From positions 68,557 to 132,556 of the forward strand of contig JAQVVF010000002.1 of assembly GCA_028699085.1 (NCBI GenBank): 64,000 nucleotides of DNA, written 5' to 3'. Of the stretch, positions 53,774-63,398 are shown piece by piece. Both the position numbers and the translations under genes were made by a program. Source of the stretch: Patescibacteria group bacterium. Lineage in GTDB: Bacteria > Patescibacteriota > JABMPQ01 > JAQVVF01. The notes beneath the pieces are model-generated. The model saw nothing but the letters and a program-made list of their open reading frames with translations. It was not told the origin of the DNA and did no database searches. Each line of letters opens with the position of its first letter. Positions within the stretch are counted from its first letter, which is position 1.

Positions 53774-54690
53774 TAACTTTTTCCAGAAATTACTTCCATA
53801 ATATTTCCTAATTCTTCTTCAGAAAAGAAATCAACAATCACCTTACCTGTTTTTCCAGTTTTCTTTATTTCTACTTTTGTACCCAAAGATTGAGCCAAAC
53901 GCTCCTCATAATCTAAGATTAGAGGAGTTTTTTGATTGAAAGATCTTAAATGTTTTTTTACTTTTACACTCTTTGCTCCATTTTCAGAATCCCGAACAGA
54001 TAAATTGTTCAGCAAAATATTCTTAAATAATTTCAATTGTTCTTCTTCAGTTTTCAAACTTAAGATTGCTTTTGCATGACCAAAGCTAATTTTCTTTTCA
54101 AAAATAGCCTTTTGTATCTCTTCTGGCAAAGTCAACAATCTTAAAGTATTTGTCACAAAAGCACGGCTTTTAGCAACTTTTTTTGCTACTTCTTCCTGTT
54201 TTAAATTAAATTCATCAATTAAACTGCTGTAAGCCAAAGCTTCTTCCATGGGATTCAAATCTTGACGCTGGACATTTTCGACTAAAGCCATTTCTAATTT
54301 TTGCTGTTCAGTCAACTCTCTAACAATCACTGGAACTTTTTTTAAACCAGCAAGTTTTGATGCTTGAAGTCTTCTTTCTCCAGCCAATAGCTGATACTGA
54401 TTATCAAAAACCTTCGTTGCAATCAATGGCTGTAAAATTCCATGTATTTTAATTGATTCTGCCAACTCTTTTAACTGTAATTCATCAAAATGTTTTCTTG
54501 GTTGATGCGGATTTGGTTCAATAAAATTAGTTTCAACCAAAATTACCGACTCACTCAAAGCAGGCGAAAATTTCTTTAATCTTTCAACTGTTTTCTGACT
54601 GACTTCCTTTTTTTGACTATTTTTAACAAATTGATTCTTTTTTAATGGGATTAAAGATTCCAAACCACGTCCCAAACTCTTATTTAGCAT
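53770..54690 (-). CDS. parB: Chromosome partitioning protein ParB/Spo0J
   Basis: IEPNPHQPRK, GILQPL and LAGERRLQA motifs. Confidence 0.93.
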   Translation of the reverse strand: MLNKSLGRGLESLIPLKKNQFVKNSQKKEVSQKTVERLKKFSPALSESVILVETNFIEPNPHQPRKHFDELQLKELAESIKIHGILQPLIATKVFDNQYQLLAGERRLQASKLAGLKKVPVIVRELTEQQKLEMALVENVQRQDLNPMEEALAYSSLIDEFNLKQEEVAKKVAKSRAFVTNTLRLLTLPEEIQKAIFEKKISFGHAKAILSLKTEEEQLKLFKNILLNNLSVRDSENGAKSVKVKKHLRSFNQKTPLILDYEERLAQSLGTKVEIKKTGKTGKVIVDFFSEEELGNIMEVISGKSY

Positions 54691-55492
54691 AAATAGTTTT
54701 TACTTTTTGTTGTGAATTTTCTAAATTTATTTTATTAATAACGTCTAATGCTTCTTTGCCTAAACTCCGATAAGCACGAGCTCCTTTTGACCAAGAAGCA
54801 TATTGTAGAATTGATTTTCCAAAACTTGGAGCTTCAGCTAATCTAACATTGCGAGGAATAATTGATTCAAAAACTCTAAATGGAAACTTTGTTCTAACTT
54901 CTGATACAACCTCTTCCGACAATTTGATTCTTCGATCATGCATTGTCAGTAATACTCCTAAAATTTCCAAATTAGGCTGTAAATTATCTTTAATCAACTG
55001 AATTGTTTTCAATAATTGGCCTAAACCTTCCAAAGCATAATACTCACATTGTACTGGAATTAAGACATAATTAGAAGCAACTAAACTGTTAATAGTTAAC
55101 AACCCTAAAGAAGGTGGACAATCAATTAATACAAAATCAAAATCAACAAGTTTCTCTAATGCTTTTTTCAATCTATATTCTCTATCCTCCATGTCAACCA
55201 ATTCGATTGTTGCACCAGCTAGAGATTGATTAGTTGGTAACACAAAAAGATTTTTCACCACTGATTCCATAATCACATCATGAATGTCAGCTTTATCAGT
55301 CAGCACTTCATAAATTCCTTTTGTCTCTTCATTAACCAAGACACCAACACCAGAACTCGCATTTCCTTGTGGATCAAAATCAACAATTAATACCCGTTTT
55401 CCCAATTCAGCCAAAGCTGCCGCAAAATTTATTGTTGTGGTTGTTTTACCAGTACCGCCTTTTTGATTTACAATTGATATTATATTTGGCAT
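54680..55492 (-). CDS. parA: Chromosome partitioning ATPase ParA/Soj
   Basis: Deviant Walker A NQKGGTGKTTT and the DCPPSLG motif. Confidence 0.95.
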   Translation of the reverse strand: MPNIISIVNQKGGTGKTTTTINFAAALAELGKRVLIVDFDPQGNASSGVGVLVNEETKGIYEVLTDKADIHDVIMESVVKNLFVLPTNQSLAGATIELVDMEDREYRLKKALEKLVDFDFVLIDCPPSLGLLTINSLVASNYVLIPVQCEYYALEGLGQLLKTIQLIKDNLQPNLEILGVLLTMHDRRIKLSEEVVSEVRTKFPFRVFESIIPRNVRLAEAPSFGKSILQYASWSKGARAYRSLGKEALDVINKINLENSQQKVKTIYAK

Positions 55493-55570
55493 ACTTTTAT
55501 CTTATCATACTATATTTAATTAAAATTGACAACAACGTAAAATCAAGCTAAAATTGATTTAAAGTGACTA

Positions 55571-55651
55571 GCCGAAGTGGCGAAATGGCAGACGCGCACG
55601 ACTCAAAATCGTGTGAGTTTACTCATGAGGGTTCGACTCCCTCCTTCGGCA
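55571..55651 (+). tRNA. tRNA-Leu (anticodon CAA)
   Basis: Manual cloverleaf: acceptor GCCGAAG/CTTCGGC plus A, anticodon stem CACGA/TCGTG with loop CUCAAAA, long variable arm, T-arm GAGGG-TTCGACT-CCCTC. Confidence 0.92.
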
Positions 55652-55675
55652 TTTATATTATACCAAATTTATTCA

Positions 55676-55702
55676 AAAACGGCTCACTCGAGTCGTTTTT
55701 TT
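55676..55702. terminator. Bidirectional terminator between tRNA-Leu and glyA
   Basis: AACGGCTC (55678-85) pairs with GAGTCGTT (55690-97), flanked by an A-run and a T-run. Confidence 0.7.
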
Positions 55703-55729
55703 GTTATTTCATTATTTAGTTATTTCTAA

Positions 55730-56965
55730 TTATTTAAGTCCTGGCATTTCATATTTTCCACACAACTTCTTAACTTCATTCTTTATCCTTTTTAAAACTC
55801 GTTCGTTATTCACATTCTCGCTTACTTCATTCATCCAAAAAGCAATTTGCTTCATTTCTTTTTCTTTCATACCCAAAGTTGTTATTGCCGGTGTTCCAAT
55901 CCTAATTCCAGACGGATCAAAAGGTGAGCGCTTATCATAAGGTACTGTATTTGCATTACATTCAATTCCTGCTTTGATTAAAGCAGACGACATTTGTTTG
56001 CCAGACAAATTCTTGTTTGTCATATCAATTAAAATCAAATGATTGTCAGTTCCACCAGTTACCAAATCAAAATTATAATTTAATAATTCTTTTGCCAAAG
56101 CTTGAGCGTTTTTGATAATCTGCTTAGCATAATTCTTAAATTTTGAAGTATCAGCTTCTTTCAACGCTACAGCAATTGCCGCAGTTGTATTATCATGCGG
56201 TCCCCCTTGAAGACCAGGAAATACGGCTTTATCAATCAATTTAGCATGTTTTTCTTTACACATAATCATCGCTCCTCTTGGACCTCGTAAAGATTTATGT
56301 GTTGTCGTTGTTACAACATCAGCATAAGGAACTGGACTTTGATGCAATCCTGCTGCTACTAATCCTGAAATATGGGCAATATCAGCCAAAAAATAAGCAC
56401 CAACCTCATCAGCAATCTCTTTGAATTTTTTAAAATCAATCTTACGAGGATAAGCAGTTGCACCAGCAACAATAATCTGTGGTTTTTCACGTTTTGCTAT
56501 CTCTAAAATTTCATCGTAATCTAACAGGTTCGTTTTTTTATCAACAGCATATTGAACCGCATTAAAAAACTTGGCAGTTGCTGAAACTTTCCAGCCATGA
56601 GTTAGATGTCCGCCATGAGGCAAGCTCATTCCCATTATTTTTTCTGAAGGTTTAAGTAAAGCAAAATAGACCGCCAAATTTGCTGGAGAACCAGAATATG
56701 GCTGAACATTAACATGATCTGCCCTGAACAACTTTTTTGCTCGGGCTACAGCTTCTTCTTCAATTTGATCAATGTACTCTTGTCCTTCATAATATCTTTT
56801 TCTAGAATAGCCTTCAGAATACTTATTTGTCAAAATAGAGCCAGTTGCTTCTAATACGCTCTTTGAAACATAATTTTCAGAAGGAATTAAACGAATACTC
56901 TCAGCTTGTCTTTTCTGTTCTTTTTTAATAAGATCGTAAATCTTTCTATCTGTTGCTTTTAGCAT
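55730..56965 (-). CDS. glyA: Serine hydroxymethyltransferase
   Basis: LIPSENY, PYSGSPAN and TTTTHKSLRGPRG (PLP lysine) motifs. Confidence 0.97.
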   Translation of the reverse strand: MLKATDRKIYDLIKKEQKRQAESIRLIPSENYVSKSVLEATGSILTNKYSEGYSRKRYYEGQEYIDQIEEEAVARAKKLFRADHVNVQPYSGSPANLAVYFALLKPSEKIMGMSLPHGGHLTHGWKVSATAKFFNAVQYAVDKKTNLLDYDEILEIAKREKPQIIVAGATAYPRKIDFKKFKEIADEVGAYFLADIAHISGLVAAGLHQSPVPYADVVTTTTHKSLRGPRGAMIMCKEKHAKLIDKAVFPGLQGGPHDNTTAAIAVALKEADTSKFKNYAKQIIKNAQALAKELLNYNFDLVTGGTDNHLILIDMTNKNLSGKQMSSALIKAGIECNANTVPYDKRSPFDPSGIRIGTPAITTLGMKEKEMKQIAFWMNEVSENVNNERVLKRIKNEVKKLCGKYEMPGLK

Positions 56966-57019
56966 AATTTAAAATTTAAATATCAAAAATAAAAATTACA
57001 ATGCAAAATTTAAAATTTT

Positions 57020-57643
57020 TTATTTTACATTGTCATTTTCCATTTTGATTTTTGCATTTTCAATTTTCACATCTCCTTGTCTTAACATTTTAATTTTATT
57101 TTCAGTTACATCAACTACTGTTGAGATATGGCCTTCTGTTAATTTTCCGCCATCGATCACTAAATCAGGTTCATTGCTTTTTCCCTCAAACTGTTTCTTA
57201 ATGTCTTCAACAGAATAGCAAGTCTTCTCGCCTGCCAAATTTGCACTTGTTGAAGTTACTGGAAAATCTACCTTCTCCATTATTTTTTTTATTAAATCAT
57301 AACTTGATATTCTAATTCCTAATGTATTTTTTACAAAAGGAATATTTTTTTTATTTTTTAAAACCAAAGTTAAAGGTCCAGGCAAATATTTTTTTGCCAA
57401 TTCCAATGCATTGTTATTAATCTCAACATATTCTTTTGCCATTTCCAAATCTTTCATAAAAACAGATAATTCCTTACTAACATCGCGCTGCTTAATCTCA
57501 AAAACCTTTTTAACAGCATCTTTACTCAAAGCATTAGCCAGTATTCCATAAGCAGTTTCTGTCGGTGCAACAATAACTTTATTATCTTTTAAATATTTTA
57601 TAATCTCATCAATTTTTATTTCATCGATATCAACTATTTTCAT
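57020..57643 (-). CDS. tsaC: L-threonylcarbamoyladenylate synthase (YrdC/TsaC type)
   Basis: VIVAPTETAYGILANA, PGPLTLVL and TSTSANLAGE motifs. Confidence 0.88.
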   Translation of the reverse strand: MKIVDIDEIKIDEIIKYLKDNKVIVAPTETAYGILANALSKDAVKKVFEIKQRDVSKELSVFMKDLEMAKEYVEINNNALELAKKYLPGPLTLVLKNKKNIPFVKNTLGIRISSYDLIKKIMEKVDFPVTSTSANLAGEKTCYSVEDIKKQFEGKSNEPDLVIDGGKLTEGHISTVVDVTENKIKMLRQGDVKIENAKIKMENDNVK

Positions 57644-57761
57644 AGCAATTACTTTATAAACTTTAGAAACTAATTAATTTATCTTATCATAGCCAAAACT
57701 TATTGCAAAGTTTTCTCATCTTGTTAAAATATAATTAAGATTATTAAATAATCCAAAACAA

Positions 57762-57926
57762 ATGGCAAAAGCAAAATTTGTTGGCAACAAAGAAACAAAA
57801 ATGTGCCACGTATCAGGATGCGGTGCTTTGAAAAACATCAAAAAAAGCAATCGCGAGAATTTTTCTTCCTGCAAAATTGCACAAAAAAAAGGCTACAAAT
57901 GCTGCAAGCTTTGTGGTAAAAAATAG
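57762..57926 (+). CDS. 54-aa Ada-like metal-binding (Cys-rich) small protein
   Basis: Hand translation gives MAKAKFVGNKETKMCHVSGCGALKNIKKSNRENFSSCKIAQKKGYKCCKLCGKK. The pattern FVG.K....H...C......N...F.S...A...GY..CK.C resembles Ada-N-terminal-like zinc domains (from memory). Confidence 0.55.
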   Translation: MAKAKFVGNKETKMCHVSGCGALKNIKKSNRENFSSCKIAQKKGYKCCKLCGKK

Positions 57927-57938
57927 TTAAAATATAAA

Positions 57939-57965
57939 AAGACAGCACTGCTGAAGGGCTGTCTT
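57939..57965. terminator. Hairpin terminator between convergent genes
   Basis: AAGACAGC (57939-46) pairs with GCTGTCTT (57958-65). A T-run follows on the minus strand. Confidence 0.6.
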
Positions 57966-57977
57966 TAAAATTAAAAA

Positions 57978-58709
57978 TTATTTTACCATTTGCTTTGCTC
58001 TTTCAAGCTCTTCTGGCCTATTTATTCCAAGTACATTATTTAAATCAGTAGTTACTACAGTATCTAACTTTAATCCTTTTTTATTCATAATCTCAATCAG
58101 ATCAGTCAAATAATATTCTTTCTGAACATTATTATCAGTAATTAAATCTAAATTGTCTAATAATGCTTTTACTTTAAAACAATAAACGCCAATATTCATT
58201 TCTGAAATTTTCAATTCTTCTGCGGTTGCATCTTTTTGCTCAACAATTTTCAAAACATTATTATCTTTATCTCTAATTATTCGCCCCCATTCAGGCGGAT
58301 TTTTTTTGATATCAACTGTCAGTATGCAACCATCTAAATTATTCTTTTCACATTTGTCTAATAACGACAAAAACATTTCTTTTTTCAAAAAAGGCATATC
58401 TCCATAAGAAATCAAAACATATCCATCAGCATGCATTAATAAATCCTTTGCCTGCATTACAGCATGTCCAGTACCCAATTGTTCTTTTTGATATACATAT
58501 TCAACTCTATTTTTTAAATAATCTCTGACTAATTCTTGTTTAAAACCAACAACTAAAATAATTTTTTCAACATTCAGATCTTCCATTGTTCTTACCTGGT
58601 ACTCAATCATTGGTTCCTCGCCTATCTTCATCATCACTTTTGGCATATCAGTACAATTTAATCTTGTCCCTTTTCCTCCTGCCAAAATGACTGAAATAAT
58701 ATTTTTCAT
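57978..58709 (-). CDS. Sugar-1-phosphate nucleotidyltransferase, GlmU N-terminal-domain-like (no acetyltransferase domain)
   Basis: ILAGGKGTRL, EQLGTGHAV and YGDMP motifs; 243 aa. Confidence 0.8.
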   Translation of the reverse strand: MKNIISVILAGGKGTRLNCTDMPKVMMKIGEEPMIEYQVRTMEDLNVEKIILVVGFKQELVRDYLKNRVEYVYQKEQLGTGHAVMQAKDLLMHADGYVLISYGDMPFLKKEMFLSLLDKCEKNNLDGCILTVDIKKNPPEWGRIIRDKDNNVLKIVEQKDATAEELKISEMNIGVYCFKVKALLDNLDLITDNNVQKEYYLTDLIEIMNKKGLKLDTVVTTDLNNVLGINRPEELERAKQMVK

Positions 58710-58751
58710 AAATTTAAATAAAATAAAAAGTGAAACTAGTTCACTTTAATT

Positions 58752-59327
58752 CTAACCCAAAGTTCGAAACCATTCAAGAATTGCCTGTGCATTTTGTTCC
58801 GCTGATTTACCAGTTGTATTCAGCAACAATTTCTTTTTCATTCTACTACTTGCAAATGCTTCTCGATATGCATCACGCTTTCGAAAAATACTTTTCAAAT
58901 CTTTGTCCCAATTACCAGTTTTTCCTAAAATCCGCCTTTCTTCCATCCTTCTATGCAATTCATCGTCATCAACATCTAACACAATCAAACAAACTCCAAT
59001 ACTATTCAGATATTCTTCCAACTCGTCATGCTCTGTATCAATTCCATGGAACAGTTTCAAATACACGATATCGGTCAGATGCAAACGCAACATTAATACT
59101 TCCTCATGTTCAGCAGCTTCAAAAACAGGCAAAAGAGATTCCATCTTTGTCCTTCCATATTCAACCATTTCCCACAACTTACCTTCATAAGACGCAACAA
59201 CAGCTGGATGATAATACCCATGAACAGTTACTGACACACATTCAGTGAATAACCTCTCCAATTCTGCCATAATGCTCGATTTTCCAGATTGATTACAACC
59301 TTCAAGAATACCCTTGAACAGCTGCAT
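58752..59327 (-). CDS. P-loop NTPase/kinase-like protein, GC-richer and SD-bearing (probable horizontal acquisition)
   Basis: Walker A-like LEGCNQSGKSS at residues 8-18. AGGAGGG lies upstream of ATG 59327. It has its own TTGACT-16-TATAAT promoter and flanking hairpins. Confidence 0.6.
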   Translation of the reverse strand: MQLFKGILEGCNQSGKSSIMAELERLFTECVSVTVHGYYHPAVVASYEGKLWEMVEYGRTKMESLLPVFEAAEHEEVLMLRLHLTDIVYLKLFHGIDTEHDELEEYLNSIGVCLIVLDVDDDELHRRMEERRILGKTGNWDKDLKSIFRKRDAYREAFASSRMKKKLLLNTTGKSAEQNAQAILEWFRTLG

Positions 59328-59428
59328 TCCCTTCCCTCCTTGCAAAGTACGTTATCTTAAGATTATATAATAAAAATAAAAAAAGTCAAGATTACTTGGC
59401 TTTATTTTTTAACCATTTTTTTATAATT

Positions 59429-60082
59429 CTACAATATACATTTTACAATATTTGTTGCTTGATAAAGGCCTTTTACAGTAAAATTATTCAGTTCTGCTTT
59501 CTCTTCTGAATATTTACCGCCTGGTCTTTCAATCTTGATTGCTACAATATATGGAAAACCTCTTTTTATATAATCAATGTTATCAGGCACATCTTCTATG
59601 ATTGCAATTTTTTTATCTCGATGCTCATTAATCACATCTTTCAATACATCTTTCATAAAACTGCCATCGCCTTCAGTCACAATAATTTTTGAGAAAAAAC
59701 CATTTATTTGGCAACTATTAATTTTTGCCTCTTGGAATCTTTTTGTCCCTAATGAAACTAAAAATAGCTCACATTCATCCTTGATACTCTCCAAGAATGA
59801 AATGACATCATCGTACAAATAAGTTTTTGAATTTGAAACAAGACCGTTTACTTCAGCCATTAGGCTTTGAATATCCGTAATCTCACCTTCCAAAAGTCTC
59901 AAATGCAAAGCAGGATCATAAGGCCTTTTTAACTTTTTTTTAATATATGTGTAAGTTTGTTCATATCTTTCAGAAGACACATTATAACGCATAAAAATAG
60001 TCTTCAAATGCCTCTTGAAAAGCTCGGTATTGAATATGGTATGATCAAAGTCTAATATTACTAATTTATCCTTTTTTAACAT
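59429..60082 (-). CDS. HAD-superfamily hydrolase
   Basis: The N-terminal motif DFDHTIF is HAD motif I (D.D.T). Confidence 0.7.
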   Translation of the reverse strand: MLKKDKLVILDFDHTIFNTELFKRHLKTIFMRYNVSSERYEQTYTYIKKKLKRPYDPALHLRLLEGEITDIQSLMAEVNGLVSNSKTYLYDDVISFLESIKDECELFLVSLGTKRFQEAKINSCQINGFFSKIIVTEGDGSFMKDVLKDVINEHRDKKIAIIEDVPDNIDYIKRGFPYIVAIKIERPGGKYSEEKAELNNFTVKGLYQATNIVKCIL

Positions 60083-61056
60083 AATTTTAACAAAATCTTA
60101 GCTAACTTATTTGGATCATGATGAATCAGACTTCGCTTCAAAATATCGCCTTTTTTCTTTTCTTTAAGCTTGCCCAATAAATCTGCACCAACAAATCCCA
60201 ATTTGGATTTACTAGCTGAGTATTCAACAAAGCTTTCCTTTCTTTTTTTGTATTCTGTAAGGACTTTTTCATCAGGTCTCACATTATTATATAACACAAA
60301 ATCTATTTTTGAGCCAGAATATTTTTTGACAATACTAACATGTTCCTGAACACTAAAATTGTTCGTCTGCCCCCACTTGGTCATTAAATTACAAACATAT
60401 ACTTTTTTAGCTTTACTAATCTTTAAAGCATTAGCAACTCCAGGAACACACAAGCATGCCACAACCGATGTATACAAATCTCCAGGTCCAATTACAATTA
60501 GATCAGCATCCAAAATTGCCTTCACAACCTTAGAATTAACCTTAATTTTCGGCTCAATCCAAGCTTTTTCAATCTTCAATTTGCCCTCAAATCCAACAAC
60601 TTCATCAATTAAAGTTTCAGACTTTATAATTTGCCTATTTTCAAGCTCAATACATAAATTAGCTCTCTTCAAGGCAACAGGAAATATATCAGCCTTAATT
60701 TTTAATTCTTTTTTCAATTCATCAATCGCTTTTTCAATATTGTTATTTTTTTCCTGCAAATTAGCAATGATAATATTCCCCAAATTATGGCCTGCCAATT
60801 TTCCTTTTTCAAAACGTAAATCCAAAATCTCTTGCCATTTTTTATTTTCTGGCATCAAAGCCAAAATCATCTTTCTCAAATCTCCCATTGGCAACAAATC
60901 TATATTTTCTTTCAATAATCTACCAGTTGATCCCCCATTATCAGTAATTGGATAAATTCCTGTTAGTTCACAATTTTTTGCATTTTTCAAACCACCTAAA
61001 ACAACGCTTGCTCCTGTTCCACCGCCGAGATAAACAATTTTCTTGACTTTTTGCAT
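60076..61056 (-). CDS. YvcK/CofD-family protein (gluconeogenesis-factor-like)
   Basis: YLGGGTGASVVLGGLK N-terminus and the GPGDLYTSV motif. Confidence 0.85.
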   Translation of the reverse strand: MQKVKKIVYLGGGTGASVVLGGLKNAKNCELTGIYPITDNGGSTGRLLKENIDLLPMGDLRKMILALMPENKKWQEILDLRFEKGKLAGHNLGNIIIANLQEKNNNIEKAIDELKKELKIKADIFPVALKRANLCIELENRQIIKSETLIDEVVGFEGKLKIEKAWIEPKIKVNSKVVKAILDADLIVIGPGDLYTSVVACLCVPGVANALKISKAKKVYVCNLMTKWGQTNNFSVQEHVSIVKKYSGSKIDFVLYNNVRPDEKVLTEYKKRKESFVEYSASKSKLGFVGADLLGKLKEKKKGDILKRSLIHHDPNKLAKILLKLC

Positions 61057-61113
61057 AGAAATGTAATTATGTAGAAAGTTAACGATTCCACCTTAGACAG
61101 AAGGAGAGAAAAA

Positions 61114-61338
61114 ATGCAAACGCGCAAAAATCTCCAGATATTTCTTCTCGTAATTGAAATCCTCTTAATAATAGCAGTCATATACCCAATCGCCCTTTCA
61201 ATCTTTAATTTCGTAACAAAGAACGAAAGTATCTATCAAATCGCCAGCAACAATAGTAATTTAATACCTTTGTACGGTTCTTTTATCCTCTTAATTTGTG
61301 GAATTTTTTATGCAAGATACGATCTAAAAAAACAATAA
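61114..61338 (+). CDS. Small two-transmembrane-segment membrane protein
   Basis: AAGGAGAG lies 6 nt upstream of the ATG. Two hydrophobic segments. The terminator AACCTC-ATCC-GAGGTT plus a T-run lies at 61352-61372. Confidence 0.55.
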   Translation: MQTRKNLQIFLLVIEILLIIAVIYPIALSIFNFVTKNESIYQIASNNSNLIPLYGSFILLICGIFYARYDLKKQ

Positions 61339-61417
61339 CCAGCCCTTTCTCAACCTCATCCGAGGTTTTTTTGTATTCGAAAATAAATTTGATTTATTCG
61401 AAAAATTATTAGAGTGA

Positions 61418-63235
61418 TTATTCCACTGTTACGCTCTTTGCCAAATTCCTCGGCTTATCAACATCCAAGCCTTTTATTTCTGCCATATGATAAGCCAAAA
61501 GTTGTATTGGAATTACTGTTAGCAAAGGCTCCAACATTTCCAAAGTTTCTGGAATATAAATCACATCATCAACATATTTTTCGATTTCATAATTATCTTC
61601 TGTTGTTACAGCAATAATTTTTCCTGATCTTGCTTTAATTTCCTGCATATTGCTAATTGTTTTATCATAAACACTATCTTTTGGCGCTACAAAAACGCAT
61701 GGAAATTTTTCATCAATCATTGCAATTGCGCCATGTTTCATCTCGCCAGCAGAATAACCTTCGGCATGCACATAAGAAATTTCTTTCATTTTCAAAGCAC
61801 CTTCCAAAGCTAATGGATAATTGAATCTTCTGCCTAAATAAAGGAAATTTTTATAATCACGATATTTTTCCGCCAAGTTTTTTATTTTATCATTTTGTTC
61901 TAAAATCTTTTTGATCTTTTCTGGAATTTTTTTAATCTCGGAAGCTATTTCTTTTCCTTCCATAAAAGACAAATTTCTCACTCTACCAAATTCCAATGCC
62001 AAAATTGCTAAAACTGTAATTTGCGCTAAAAATGCTTTTGTAGAAGCAACTCCAATTTCTGGTCCAGCATGAACAAACACTCCGCCATCAGTCTCACGCG
62101 CAATTGTTGATCCAACAACATTAGAAATTCCTAACACCTTAATTCCTTTTCGCTGAATCTCTCGCATTGCTGCAATCGTATCAGCTGTCTCACCAGATTG
62201 CGAAATCACAAAAACCAAAGTATCTTTATCTAGTAAAATTCTTTTGTAACGTAATTCTGATGCGCATTCTGCCTCGCAAGGGATAGAAGCACATTCTTCA
62301 ATCATATATTTCCCAACCAATCCAGCATGCAAAGCAGTACCACAAGCAATAAAAATAATTCTTTTAACCTTCAATAATTCTTCTGTTGTTAAATTCAAAC
62401 CGCCTAAATGCGCAATACCTTCTGAAGGAATAATTCTTCCAGCAAAAGCATTTTCCATTATTTTTGGTTGTTCAAAAATTTCTTTCAACATGAAATGATT
62501 GAATCCTTTCTTTTCTGCTAAATCAGCTTCCCAATCAATTTCATGTATTTTTGAATCAACTTTTTTATCATCAATTGTAATTGTATAGAAACCATCTTTT
62601 GTGATTTCCACAATTTCATTTTCCTCAATAAAAACTACTTTTTTTGTGTATGGCATCAAAGCCGTCGCGTCAGAAGCAAAATAATTTTCGCCCTCGCCAA
62701 CTCCCACGACTAATGGACTGCCATGACGGGCTGCTACAATTCTATCAGGTTCTTTAGATGAAATTACAACAATTCCATATGTTCCATCAACACAAAGTAG
62801 TGCACGCCTTACTGCCTCTTTTAGATTTCCTTCATAATATTTTTCAATCAAATGCGATAATACTTCTGTATCAGTTTCTGACCGAAATTTATGGCCTTCG
62901 TTAATTAATTGTTCTTTCAATTTCGCAAAATTTTCAATAATGCCATTATGAATTACTGCAATTTTTCCTTCACAATCTAGATGCGGATGAGCGTTTTGAT
63001 CAGTCACTCCACCATGAGTTGCCCATCTTGTATGACCCATACCAATTGTTCCAACAAGATTTGTCATTTCCAAATTTTGCCCAATTCTTCCAACACTTTT
63101 TACAAAATTAATTTTACCAGAATCTACAGTTGCCAATCCCCAAGAATCATACCCGCGATATTCTAATTTTTTCAAACCATCAACCAAAATTGGCGATGCT
63201 TTTTTATCTCCGATATAAGCAATTATTCCACACAT
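61418..63235 (-). CDS. glmS: Glutamine--fructose-6-phosphate aminotransferase
   Basis: MCGIIAYIG N-terminal nucleophile, two SIS domains, and a C-terminal KSVTVE. Confidence 0.98.
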   Translation of the reverse strand: MCGIIAYIGDKKASPILVDGLKKLEYRGYDSWGLATVDSGKINFVKSVGRIGQNLEMTNLVGTIGMGHTRWATHGGVTDQNAHPHLDCEGKIAVIHNGIIENFAKLKEQLINEGHKFRSETDTEVLSHLIEKYYEGNLKEAVRRALLCVDGTYGIVVISSKEPDRIVAARHGSPLVVGVGEGENYFASDATALMPYTKKVVFIEENEIVEITKDGFYTITIDDKKVDSKIHEIDWEADLAEKKGFNHFMLKEIFEQPKIMENAFAGRIIPSEGIAHLGGLNLTTEELLKVKRIIFIACGTALHAGLVGKYMIEECASIPCEAECASELRYKRILLDKDTLVFVISQSGETADTIAAMREIQRKGIKVLGISNVVGSTIARETDGGVFVHAGPEIGVASTKAFLAQITVLAILALEFGRVRNLSFMEGKEIASEIKKIPEKIKKILEQNDKIKNLAEKYRDYKNFLYLGRRFNYPLALEGALKMKEISYVHAEGYSAGEMKHGAIAMIDEKFPCVFVAPKDSVYDKTISNMQEIKARSGKIIAVTTEDNYEIEKYVDDVIYIPETLEMLEPLLTVIPIQLLAYHMAEIKGLDVDKPRNLAKSVTVE

Positions 63236-63398
63236 AATAATAAAATTTAAAATTAATACTCAACCTGTTAATTCATAATATTATATTTTTTCATCTATTT
63301 CAAGACACTTGTCCGCCAAAAATTTTTGACAAAAACAAATAAAAACCGGCCAAAAACCGATTTTTTTAATTTTCTTCAAAATTTTTTATTTTTAAGTT

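Noticed and set aside
58730-59248. 172-aa plus-strand ORF
   Set aside because: It is antisense to the P-loop ORF. It has no SD and a Q/H/Y/L-rich sequence without motifs, whereas the minus-strand ORF has Walker A, an SD, a promoter and a terminator.
60359-60955. 198-aa plus-strand ORF
   Set aside because: It is an antisense shadow inside the well-supported YvcK/CofD-family gene.
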